Translations under genes and position numbers: made by a program
In this document: piece by piece, positions 1-9,700 of the stretch
Position numbering within the stretch: the stretch's first letter is position 1
Layout of the letters: each line of letters begins with the position of its first letter
DNA from: an uncultured bacterium
GTDB lineage: Bacteria > Verrucomicrobiota > Verrucomicrobiia > Verrucomicrobiales > DEV007
Direction of reading: 5' to 3'
Assembly (NCBI GenBank): GCA_963977015.1
Contig: CAXBMO010000001.1
Coordinates: forward strand, 579,524 to 643,523
DNA length: 64,000 nucleotides
The notes under the pieces: generated by a model
What the model was told of the DNA's origin: nothing
Database searches by the model: none
What the model saw: the letters and a program-made list of their open reading frames with translations, nothing else

Positions 1-141
1 AAAAAGACGATCGCGATTAGTTCTGGATCTGACGCAGAGTCGGACGAGGAACCGAAAGCAAAATTGGATCAACACAACGCGATCATCTTGCCAGAGCCGC
101 GTTCCCTCCGTTATCGGGTGAAGGAAGATCCAAGCTAGAAG

Positions 142-2013
142 CTAGGCCCGCTTGCGCAAAAAGGTCGGGATGTCCAAATCCTGCCCGTTGACGATCGTAG
201 GCTGAGCCTTGACGAAACGCCCGCGAACCCGGGGATCGAGATTGACGGGAGTTTGCGGGTTCCGGGCAGCTGCGGGAGCTGTTTCCGAACTCGAACGGCC
301 CGCGATGGATGGAGCCGGCTGTTCCAACGTAATGGTTGGAGTTGCCGCTGCGGAGCGACCATCGCCGACTTCGGGATCGCCCTCATTGAAATCAATCCGG
401 ACCTTGGGCTTGGCCGCCTGTTGAGGAATGGCGGATTCAATCCCCTGATTCTCTGCGATCTTGAAGATGCTTGGCGTTTTCTTGCCCGCGGGAGCCGCTG
501 CTGGAGGATTGATGGCTGCTGGCGCCTTTGGCGGAATCGCAGCAGGAGCAAACTCTCCTCCCTGACGTTGAATTGCCGGAATGCTGTCGGCATCATCTTG
601 AAGATATGCCGGATTGATGAGCTGACGTGCGGGTTCTGCAGGGGGAGCCGGTGCCGGTGGGACTGGGGCCTTTTCCACGATGGAGCCCGTCTTGGCTTCG
701 GCAGGCGTTTGAACGGGGAGGGTTGGCTGAGTCTGAACCTTGGGTGAAATCGGGTGAACCTTGGTGAATTTTGGAACCTTCCGTGGAGCGACCTGAGGAG
801 GTGCCGATTGCAATCCGACTTTCGGGGCCGGGATAGGCTGAATCTGAGCCGCTGGCTTTTGAATCTGAGGCGCCGGAGCCGGTTCTATTTTCGGTTGAAG
901 GGGAGCCTGGACCGCCGCGGTGTCAGGTTGCGTCAGCAGGCGCGATGGCGGATCCAATGGGCGAATCTGAGGTGACACAACCGGAGCGTTCTGATTGGCT
1001 GTAGCCAGTGCCTCCTCGGTGGATGCCGATTTATCTTCACGCTCTACGGAGCTGATGATCGAAACACACAGGTCGTTGCCCAAATCCTGAGACGTTGAAA
1101 CGCCGAACAGCAGCTTGGTTTGGTCGTCCAACTGCTCGTTGATCTGCTTCATCACGGTCTCGACTTCAGACAGCGTGACGGATTCTCCTCCGGAGATTTG
1201 CACGAGGACGCTTGAAGCGTTGGCGAGCAATTCTCCGCGCTCGAGAAGCGGGTTGGCCAGGGCTTCCTGAAGCGCGGCGTTTGCCCGGTCTGAGCCCTCG
1301 GCACGGCCAAAGCCAAAGAGGACGCGTGCATCCCGGCCATTGAGAACGGCCAGAACGTCCGCCATTCCAACGCGGATGATTCCGGGCTTCTCCACCAACG
1401 ACGTGATTGCGCGGATGGACTGGCAAATGGTCTTGTCGGAAGCGGAAAAGGCCTTGTCCACGCCGTCGGTCGGAACGATCAAATCGCCCATCCGGTCGTT
1501 TTCAAAGGTGAGGAGGGCGCCGGTATACGTCTTGAGTTCCTCCAGCGCGGCCTGGGCCTGCTGCAGCCGGCGACGTCCCTCGAAGTGGAATGGAATCGTG
1601 ACTGAGGCGACGACAAATGCGCCTTCTTCTTTCGCGATCCGGGCAATGACCGGAGTGGCGCCAGATCCGGTTCCGCCGCCGAGACCAGCGCAGAGGAAAA
1701 TCATTCTGGTGCCTTTAACCGCAGCGCGAATTTCTGCTTCCGCTTCCAAGGCGGCGTCGCGTCCCATGTCGGGATCGCCTCCACAGCCCAATCCGTGGGT
1801 TAAGTTTTTCCCCAATTGAATCTTCGCTCCCGCTTTCGAGCCGTTCAGCGCCCGAACATCCGTGTTGAGGATGACCAGTCGCTCATTCTCGACACCTTCC
1901 GAGGCAATTCGGTCCAGAATATTGGATCCAGCTCCGCCAATTCCCAGAACCTTGATCGGAAAGTTCTGGCCCGCTGTCGAATCGGTATTTTTGTCTCGAT
2001 GAAACTCAATCAT
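142..2013 (-). CDS. ftsZ: Cell division protein FtsZ with very long Pro/Ala/Gln-rich linker
   Basis: IKVLGIGGAGSN, NTD, tubulin motif GLGGGTGSG, PFHFEGRRR, C-terminal peptide LDIPTFLR; downstream of ftsA. Confidence 0.97.
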   Translation of the reverse strand: MIEFHRDKNTDSTAGQNFPIKVLGIGGAGSNILDRIASEGVENERLVILNTDVRALNGSKAGAKIQLGKNLTHGLGCGGDPDMGRDAALEAEAEIRAAVKGTRMIFLCAGLGGGTGSGATPVIARIAKEEGAFVVASVTIPFHFEGRRRLQQAQAALEELKTYTGALLTFENDRMGDLIVPTDGVDKAFSASDKTICQSIRAITSLVEKPGIIRVGMADVLAVLNGRDARVLFGFGRAEGSDRANAALQEALANPLLERGELLANASSVLVQISGGESVTLSEVETVMKQINEQLDDQTKLLFGVSTSQDLGNDLCVSIISSVEREDKSASTEEALATANQNAPVVSPQIRPLDPPSRLLTQPDTAAVQAPLQPKIEPAPAPQIQKPAAQIQPIPAPKVGLQSAPPQVAPRKVPKFTKVHPISPKVQTQPTLPVQTPAEAKTGSIVEKAPVPPAPAPPAEPARQLINPAYLQDDADSIPAIQRQGGEFAPAAIPPKAPAAINPPAAAPAGKKTPSIFKIAENQGIESAIPQQAAKPKVRIDFNEGDPEVGDGRSAAATPTITLEQPAPSIAGRSSSETAPAAARNPQTPVNLDPRVRGRFVKAQPTIVNGQDLDIPTFLRKRA

Positions 2014-2083
2014 GGTCGCTGTTTGTGGCTATACGGGAATTGGACGAGAAGCTTCTAGGTTTTCTTCTTTGCTTTTCTGGTTT

Positions 2084-3292
2084 TTATCGCGATCCCCCAA
2101 ATAAACCGCCCGCCTTGGCTGGCTGTGCCTGACTTTGGGTCTGTTGATCCAGAAGCTGGGCATAACGAATCAGGCCAATCGGAGTGGCATATTGTGGGTT
2201 TTCGAATGCGGTTCGCATCCCGCTTGGCGAATTGGAGTCCGCCTGATGAACCGGCATTTGAAAAACGTTTTGGGCGAGGTCCGCGATCCCGTCGAGGAGA
2301 CTGCAACCACCCGTCAGAAAAATTCCGCTCGAGATTCGGCCAAGAAATCCGGTCGGCTCAAGTTGGCGATAAACGAGCTGCAACGTTTCCTTCATTCGCG
2401 CATGAATCACATGATTAAGCGTGTTCTGATCGACCTGACCGCCAGGGTAGCCCCGGTCCGGTTCAATCGTGATCATCTCACCCTGTGTCTTGCTGTCAAA
2501 ATAGACCGAACCGTGTTTCGTCTTCAGGCGTTCGCTGATTTGAAGCGGCAGTTCAAGAACCAGAGAAATGTCGTTGGTGACGTGATCGCCGCCGAGGCCA
2601 ATGCATCCGGATGCGGCGACCGAGCCATCCTGATAGAGAACGTAATCCGTGGTGCCTCCGCCAATATCAATCAGCAACGTGCCTTGATCCTTGTGGGCGC
2701 GGCTCACCACCACTTGAGCAGACGCCAGTGGCGAGAAAACGATTTCCTCGACCTCCAGCGGGACTTCGCGGACACAGCGAATCGTATTCTGGATTCGATT
2801 TCGAATTCCATGAATGATGTGGTAATCCGCTTCCAGAACCTGTCCCTGCATCCCAATCGGGTTGAGGACCGGTTCTTTGCCATCCACATAGTAATGGCGG
2901 ACAATGCTGTGGATCAGGGCGTTGGTTTGCGGGATCTCAATTTCGCGAGCCGTTTGCTTCACCTCATCCAAGTCCTCTTCAGTCACCGCTGCGGGCCCGC
3001 CCGGAATCTCCGTCCTTCCGCGATTATTCATGCAGGCGACGTGGGCGCCGGTGACTGCCAAATAAACAGACTTGATGTCGACGTCGCTGCGTTCCTCGGC
3101 CTTGACGAGAGCCTCATGCAGCGAGGCCGAGGCTGATTCCATATCCACGATCTCGCCTTTGCGGACACCCCGCGACGGAGCCTGACCAACTCCCAGGATT
3201 TTGATTCCGCCGTCTGGGCGCACCTCTCCGACCACCACGCAGATTTTGGAGGTGCCGATTTCGAGGCCGACATAAATTTTAGTACGTGCCAT
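2084..3292 (-). CDS. ftsA: Cell division protein FtsA
   Basis: VGLEIGTSKIC, SRGVRKGEIVD, IDIGGGTTD, GGDHVTNDI, LTGGCSLL, PQYATPIGL. Confidence 0.97.
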   Translation of the reverse strand: MARTKIYVGLEIGTSKICVVVGEVRPDGGIKILGVGQAPSRGVRKGEIVDMESASASLHEALVKAEERSDVDIKSVYLAVTGAHVACMNNRGRTEIPGGPAAVTEEDLDEVKQTAREIEIPQTNALIHSIVRHYYVDGKEPVLNPIGMQGQVLEADYHIIHGIRNRIQNTIRCVREVPLEVEEIVFSPLASAQVVVSRAHKDQGTLLIDIGGGTTDYVLYQDGSVAASGCIGLGGDHVTNDISLVLELPLQISERLKTKHGSVYFDSKTQGEMITIEPDRGYPGGQVDQNTLNHVIHARMKETLQLVYRQLEPTGFLGRISSGIFLTGGCSLLDGIADLAQNVFQMPVHQADSNSPSGMRTAFENPQYATPIGLIRYAQLLDQQTQSQAQPAKAGGLFGGSR

Positions 3293-3352
3293 AGCAGAGA
3301 CGATGATGGTTAATATCCGAAAGTTTTTTTAGTTATCAACATATTCAAAATT

Positions 3353-4141
3353 TTAAGGAATCTTTTTTCGAAAAGTGGACTCTTCAGCAATGTCCGGGTT
3401 CGGAGAAGTGGATTTGTCAGGACGGAATGTGATCGGAATGTTGCGTTTCATCAACAAATTCACAGTGGCGATCTTGCGATTTGACGATTTTGACCGCTGA
3501 AAGATCAAATTGAGGTCGTTTATCTGGCGTGACAGATCGCGAACGCCAAAAATAGCAGACGTTCCGCTCTCAAAGCGAGCCTCAACCGAAAAGTCGTTCA
3601 GTTCGTGAACTTCAGTGATGGGTTCATCGGAGTTTTTCCATTCAACGCACAGGTTCAGAGCGGTAAACAGGCTTGGAGAATCCGTGATGTTGCCCGGCGG
3701 AAGAATCCGCTCCTTCGCCACAATCGAGGGGAAGGGGAGTTCGGCTTCCTTTTCAGGGGAAGCGGCTTTCAGGTATCCACCCGCATCCAGCAAATAGAGT
3801 TTGGTTTGATCCGCTTCGGATCGCATTCGGGCGACTGGCTTGAACGTCTCGATCTCGAGGCGACCTGTGTCCGAAATGGTGACCTGGCGGATCTGGGGTA
3901 ATGCTTCCAGCTTCTGCTTCAGATCTCCGAGATCGGCTTTGGCGAACTCTGCGCTCTCTGCAATTCCACTTTCCTTCCGAATCTCCTCCTTTGTCAGATT
4001 GCCATCGGTTCGGATGTCCCAATCCGCCCAACTGACAATCGAGTCCCGCTCGATAATTCGAAGACTAGCCCAGATGATCGCACCAATGAGACCGAGAAAG
4101 AGCGCAAGTTTCAGCCTGAAAGTCCCCCTGCTTCTTTCCAC
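3353..4141 (-). CDS. ftsQ: FtsQ/DivIB-like cell division protein
   Basis: N-terminal TM helix, POTRA-like segment (DGNLTKEEI...DLGDLKQKLEALPQIRQVTI), LLDAGG, position directly upstream of ftsA-ftsZ. Confidence 0.8.
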   Translation of the reverse strand: MERSRGTFRLKLALFLGLIGAIIWASLRIIERDSIVSWADWDIRTDGNLTKEEIRKESGIAESAEFAKADLGDLKQKLEALPQIRQVTISDTGRLEIETFKPVARMRSEADQTKLYLLDAGGYLKAASPEKEAELPFPSIVAKERILPPGNITDSPSLFTALNLCVEWKNSDEPITEVHELNDFSVEARFESGTSAIFGVRDLSRQINDLNLIFQRSKSSNRKIATVNLLMKRNIPITFRPDKSTSPNPDIAEESTFRKKIP

Positions 4142-4153
4142 AGATTGGCACGG

Positions 4154-5035
4154 CTAAGACTTTTGGGCGTCGAGGGCGGCTTTGGCACGCGCTGCGGCAT
4201 CTTTCGCCTTTTGCTGAATCTCTTCAGGGGAGGGAAGGGATGCCAGGTCGATTTCGGCCATCACTTCGGCGGGGATGATTCCGTCGGATTGAAGCTTGGT
4301 GAGGCACTTCTGCCGCTCATTCAGGGCTTTGTCAGGACTGCGCTCCTTGGAAAACCTGGATTTGGCCGCTTCGCTGCGATCCCGCAAATTCGTGTAGATA
4401 TCGCCACCGAGCAGGGCCGAGATATCCACCTTCATCTTCTCACGGTTCACATCCTGGTCACTGACCGGCGCTCCGTTGATGGGGCCGGACGCGTATTTGG
4501 GGAACATGATGGCAACTTCGGGGCAGACGCGTGAGCAGGCGGGACAGTTCGTTTTGCAGTTGTCCTGATTCTGCACCTGGATCTTCTGATCGTCATCCAC
4601 GCCGTAAACGTCGAAGAGGCAGAAGCTGAGGCACTGCATGCAGTTGGTGCAGCGGTCGTAGTCGATCACCGGAAACCATGGTTTCCAGCTTTTTCCGCCT
4701 GCCGAAGGAGGCTGATTCATCTCTTTCCCCTGCTTGAATTCATCAACCAGGTTGAAGACGGCATCCGCATCCATCGCCGTGACGTCTCGCGTTTCGACAC
4801 TCACCTGGTTGCTCGCATCCTCGACTTCCGGCGCGGAATCGCCAAAATTTCCCAGGACGAGCAGACTGTCGGTCACCGGCTTCGGAGAATTGCCCTCCGT
4901 TCCAATTCGTGTCACCGCGTAGCCGCGATCCAGCAACCCGCTGAAAACTTCGAACTTCAGATCGTCGTCGATTGGAGGGGTGCCTTCGCCTTCGTAAAGG
5001 ACAACTTGGAGGGGGCTGGCTTCGTTGTTTACCAT
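4154..5035 (-). CDS. 2x[4Fe-4S] ferredoxin-domain protein
   Basis: [22 protein letters not shown] and [15 protein letters not shown] Cys motifs; extra N- and C-terminal domains. Confidence 0.85.
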   Translation of the reverse strand: MVNNEASPLQVVLYEGEGTPPIDDDLKFEVFSGLLDRGYAVTRIGTEGNSPKPVTDSLLVLGNFGDSAPEVEDASNQVSVETRDVTAMDADAVFNLVDEFKQGKEMNQPPSAGGKSWKPWFPVIDYDRCTNCMQCLSFCLFDVYGVDDDQKIQVQNQDNCKTNCPACSRVCPEVAIMFPKYASGPINGAPVSDQDVNREKMKVDISALLGGDIYTNLRDRSEAAKSRFSKERSPDKALNERQKCLTKLQSDGIIPAEVMAEIDLASLPSPEEIQQKAKDAAARAKAALDAQKS

Positions 5036-5038
5036 GAT

Positions 5039-5365
5039 CTATTCGTCAATAAGTTCGTCCAGGATGTTTTCGGCGGCATCCTCCCGCATGTTCAGCACGG
5101 TTACCTCATCCTCGCTGTCTGGAAAATCGACTCCCGCGTTGTGGAACAGCCACTTCACCGCGCGCGGATAACAGGCGGCAATCTTGACCGGGCCATCTTT
5201 GAGGAGTTCACCCAGGCGAGGGTCTTTCCGCGCCGCCATTTCGCACAAATCGGAAACGGTCTCGAAGGTTGTCTCCGATTCGCAGAGTCCTTTCAACACT
5301 TCGTCCTTCACGTGATCGGGAACGACTTGAGCGTAGGCGCATCGGCAGTAGAGGACTTTGGGCAT
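5039..5365 (-). CDS. Small Cys-rich putative Fe-S protein resembling the HdrA N-terminal module
   Basis: LYCRCAY...SDLCE...IAACYPRAVKWLF; stop lies 3 nt before ferredoxin start; ATG 5365 chosen as start. Confidence 0.7.
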   Translation of the reverse strand: MPKVLYCRCAYAQVVPDHVKDEVLKGLCESETTFETVSDLCEMAARKDPRLGELLKDGPVKIAACYPRAVKWLFHNAGVDFPDSEDEVTVLNMREDAAENILDELIDE

Positions 5366-5437
5366 AAACGGCATAACATCTGCCCAGAATCCGGCAAAGC
5401 GCAAGAAATCCGGAAACGTCTTTGGGATTTCGAAACC

Positions 5438-6634
5438 TTACCCCAGTCCGGCAAACTGCCGATACCAGTTGAGGATCTGAGGCCCCCAGAACAAAAAGAC
5501 CAACGCGCCCAGGGCGAGGTAAGGGCCGAAGGGAATCGGTTTGTTCCATTTTTCGTTGGCGATAAATTTTTGGCCGATTCCTCCAAAGGAGCCGAACACG
5601 GAACCTGCAATCAGGGTGAAGACGGTCGCCTGCCAACCGAGAAACGCTCCGATCATCATGACGAATTTCACGTCGCCCAACCCCATGGCTTCCCGCGGTT
5701 GCTGAATTCTTCGAGTGGTTCCCTCGATCAACTCCATCTTGTCGAGATCCGTCTTTTGCTCACCAAACTCTGCGCGATTCCAGAACATGACCAGCGTATC
5801 CGTTTTCTGGGGAGTGCCATCAATCTTCACATCGGAACTCTCGATCACCAACCGGTCGGTTGGGCGGGAAAAAAGATCGCTCCAAGGGTAGACGTCGGTC
5901 CCGATCTCGAGCTGCGGTTCCCCGTCCTTGTCCGGCTGATGAATCTTCCAGGGAAGCGCTTCCTCAAATTCATGAATCTTCCGGCCAAAGGCAAGCTTCC
6001 CGCCTTCAACCACCGCCTTCAACAGTCCCCATCCCACGATTCCTCCAATCGCGGACCACATCAGCCCCCGATACCAAATCGCATTGGGCAGGCTGGAATC
6101 ATCCACCACAGCCTGGTTTACGATCCCCGACCCGGGAAACCATGAAGAAAGCAGGGGCAGCAATCCGGCCAGCAGCAGTGCAACCACCGCTCCTCCCCAG
6201 TTGAGGCTGTCGGGAATGATGTAGTGCTCGAAATCGATGAACGTTGCCGAGATCAGCAGCGAAACCAGAATCCAGGTTACAATCGGCCATCCCCAGCCAA
6301 AGGGCAGCAGGGTGAGCCAGACCGCGAGAAACAGAACCGCGGTTAGCCCCTCCACTAGAACATAACGCACCGCAATGGGGGCCCCGCACTTGGCGCATTT
6401 CCCTTTCAACATGATCCAACTCACGATCGGAATGTTGAGGTAGCCGGGGATCTGGGTTTCGCACGCGGGGCAGAACGAACGTTTTGGTTCGTCCACCCTC
6501 ATGTTGCGGGGAAGGCGATGGATCACCACGTTCAAGAACGAACCGACACAAGCTCCCAGCGCCACCACAAAAAGGAGCACGACGGGATGGCGAAGCGTGG
6601 GTTCGAGCGACGATTGAAGTTCAGCAGGATTCAT
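5438..6634 (-). CDS. pilD: Prepilin peptidase (A24A, PilD) with an internal insertion
   Basis: GACVGSFLNVVIHRLP, RSFCPAC...NIPIVSW...KGKCAKC Zn motif, FIDFEHYIIPD, AMGLGDVK, IPFGPYLA. Confidence 0.93.
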   Translation of the reverse strand: MNPAELQSSLEPTLRHPVVLLFVVALGACVGSFLNVVIHRLPRNMRVDEPKRSFCPACETQIPGYLNIPIVSWIMLKGKCAKCGAPIAVRYVLVEGLTAVLFLAVWLTLLPFGWGWPIVTWILVSLLISATFIDFEHYIIPDSLNWGGAVVALLLAGLLPLLSSWFPGSGIVNQAVVDDSSLPNAIWYRGLMWSAIGGIVGWGLLKAVVEGGKLAFGRKIHEFEEALPWKIHQPDKDGEPQLEIGTDVYPWSDLFSRPTDRLVIESSDVKIDGTPQKTDTLVMFWNRAEFGEQKTDLDKMELIEGTTRRIQQPREAMGLGDVKFVMMIGAFLGWQATVFTLIAGSVFGSFGGIGQKFIANEKWNKPIPFGPYLALGALVFLFWGPQILNWYRQFAGLG

Positions 6635-6721
6635 GGGATCGACGCGGAATCCTAGCACATTCCTCAGCCAAACAAAGAAGCAAAGCTTAAGAATTCTTAA
6701 GCAAATCGGATTTGGAAACGC

Positions 6722-6752
6722 AAAAGCCCCGGCCAATTGCGGGCCGGGGCTT
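6722..6752 (-). terminator. Rho-independent terminator after the Verru_Chthon A-type gene
   Basis: aagccccggcc/ggccggggctt 11-bp stem ending in a T-run on the minus strand, 30 nt after the stop. Confidence 0.75.
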
Positions 6753-6782
6753 CTGGATCAAATGGATGGGAAGATCCTCGGG

Positions 6783-9700
6783 TTAAGGAGCAAATCTCCG
6801 GTGGCTCACCACCCGGAAACGATAGTAGTGATCGATGCCGGGAACATCGCCTGGAGTACTGCCTTCCTGAAGATTGACGGCATAGTCAGGAATCCGTGTG
6901 TCGTTGGGATCGACGTAACGTTCCAGAATCGTGGATCCACGATACTCGCTGACGATGTTATCCGTAGCTTCATCAAAGGAGGCCCATTCCGAGTCGCTGC
7001 GTCGCTGCCCCGGATTTTGAGGAGACATGATGGACTGCTTCAGGATCTGGCTCCGGAAATGCACCTGAAAGGTATTCGATTTCGTGGTCAGGCGTGGGTA
7101 GATATTTCCATAGGGTTTCTCCCGTGCGTTGTCACCCACCGTGCTGATACCGTCCGTCATCTTCGGATTCCAGAGATCCCCCATTTTTTCAAGAGTCCCC
7201 AGCTTCAGGATGAGTCCATCCATCGCCTCGGGCACGAGGTAAGTCTTGGTGAATTCCGAGGCACTAATGAAGTGTTCGTCATTCGCGAAACGCTCCTCAA
7301 ATTGCTTGAGGGTTTCATCGGTATTGATCCAGCTCCGCAAGCTCTTGTAGCGGAGGTCTCCTCCCTTATCTTCCCACCAATTGTAGCCTTTGCCCCAGCC
7401 TGAGCCGACCTTTGACGAACCCGCATAGGGATCATTGGGAATGGTCAGCATTTCTTCGGAGGCAAACACCCCGTGAAGGCCGGAGGCTCGTTTGATGTGG
7501 GTAAACGGCGCAATCTCGTAGTTGACATTAATCTTGCCAGCGGTTGAGAGCGGCTCGCTGATGGACCACGGCTCAACGATTGGCATCCAGAAGAAATCGA
7601 GGAAGAAGTGATCTTCAGGATCGAGATTGCCGGGATGAATCTCCCGCTCCTTGATGTAATCGGTTCCTTCCTTGAACAAGTTCATGTTATTCACGTCTTG
7701 CTGCTTCCGGAAGAGAAGCGTTTGCCAGGGTTTGCTCTCATACCGGGTACCGTTTTTCTCACCGTAAACACCGGTTGGCAGCGACCCAAACATCACCGCT
7801 CCAGTTGTGATTCGATTCGGCGAAAACAGGCCCGGCCGTGAAGGCTCATGCTGATTCGGTCGGCTAAAGTAGGGAACCTGTTTGCGGGCAACGGCGCCAT
7901 ATTCCTTTTCATAGGCGGTTAACTCCAATTCCTGACGAATGCCGAAGGAGTTGCCTTCGTCGGGCTTATTTATCCAGCATCCGTCACTTTGCGTTGCCGT
8001 TCCGTTGTCCCAATCCCCGTAGGGATTAAAGCGGCGTCTATAGGTGTCTGGCGCATAGGACTTGGCGACAGCCGCTTCTTTGCCATTGGGCGCAATATAG
8101 ACACTAAGGGCTTTGTCACCGCCGCCGAACCCAGCGAAGTCCGCGCCAATATTGGCAGGCGTATTTTGATTTGACCCGTTGTCATAGACCCACAACGAAT
8201 GACGAGTTTCATCATTGGTTAAGTGTCGAACCTCTTCATCGTAGAGCGGGTGCTTGATATACCCAGTGAAGGTTTCGATTTCATTCAGGAAGTTCCCGAT
8301 CTCATCATCGGTGGTCTCGATGTCATTGTTCGTCGTCAGAAGTGGCCTTACTGCGGAAAGGCGCGCATCACCGTGGCTGATGACATAGCTGCGCGTTACA
8401 TCGACGTTGTAGTCATAAGACTCTGATTGGTTGCCGCTACCCGCCAAAGGGTCCCCGGAGTCGTTCACTGCCGGCAGTTTGTAGTTTTGATGGATTAATG
8501 TGCCGCCAGCGCCATCGCCAAGGAGGAAGGCGAGACGACCAACTCCAGGATTGTCCTCCGAAATCCTGACAGGTTTGGGATCACCTTGAAAGACGGGTTT
8601 AGCATCGTTGTCATCCCGAAAGGCTCCGGTCTTGTGGAACGTCCAGAAATCGCGTGCCTGGCGAGTATGCTGAAGAATTGGTACTCGGTTGCGGCCAAAA
8701 CCTCCGGCCAAGCCAGGGTGCAAGTTGGGAACAGGCAGGTGGTCGATATCGTCCATCTCCACAATCGCCACCTGAACAGGCTGGTCGACGTCCTTTTTGG
8801 TGTCGGAATTGTATCCGTCATCGAGAAACAAGCGAATCTCGATGTCGCCACACTCAACCTCAAGCGCCTCATCTTTCTTGACGCGGATGGGGCCGCCGAT
8901 GAAGGGATAGGCTTCAGCAGCCTCGTCACCGATCTTGTCGGTGGGATCTTGTTCCGTGCCGCCATTGACCCATTTGGCTGGTAGTGGGAAGAGGAGCTCG
9001 CCTTTGCCTTCACCGGGATCATAGTTTTCGGCGTTATCATCTTCAGCGCGATAAGTCGCATAGCGGGCGCGCCGGACTCCCTTGCTGCTTTGGCTGGAGA
9101 AGAGAGCCCGTGCGCTATAAACCCCTCCGTTGGTGGTGGATCCCCAATAATGATGGGTGGTGTCCGCATCCGGAGACTTCAGCTCGTAAAAGGTGTTGGA
9201 AAGGTGAGGGAACAGCTTTCCGTTATGCTTTTTAGGATTACCGCCTCCGTCCAGATATTCCCTAATTCCATTAGCCTTGATTTTGAATGTGTCGGGATCC
9301 AATCTTACCTCCAAACGGAAATCCGGCTTGATGCCCGTCCAGCCCTTTGCCGGACAATGAAGCTGCATGATCAAGGCCGGCTGGATGATCTTTTCATCAG
9401 ATTTCAGCGGCCTCTCGATCGGGATGGTATAGTTCCAGTTCTGTTTTGCGACCAGCATCCTCCATTCCTTTTCGCGTTGCTCTTGTTGGGCTGGGTCGAA
9501 ATTGGTGAAGTAGTCTGAAGGGATATAGTCCTTGTAAACTTTAGCAACGTCTCCCTTTTGGGTTCCATTGGCCTTTGAAAGGTCCGGATCAATATTCTGA
9601 TCACTGAGCGGGCAGACATTGCCATACCAGAAATGCTGGTGGGATGGCTTGAATCCCCTGTTGCCCAATCCCTGGGCATTGATTCGCCACCCGTGCTCGA

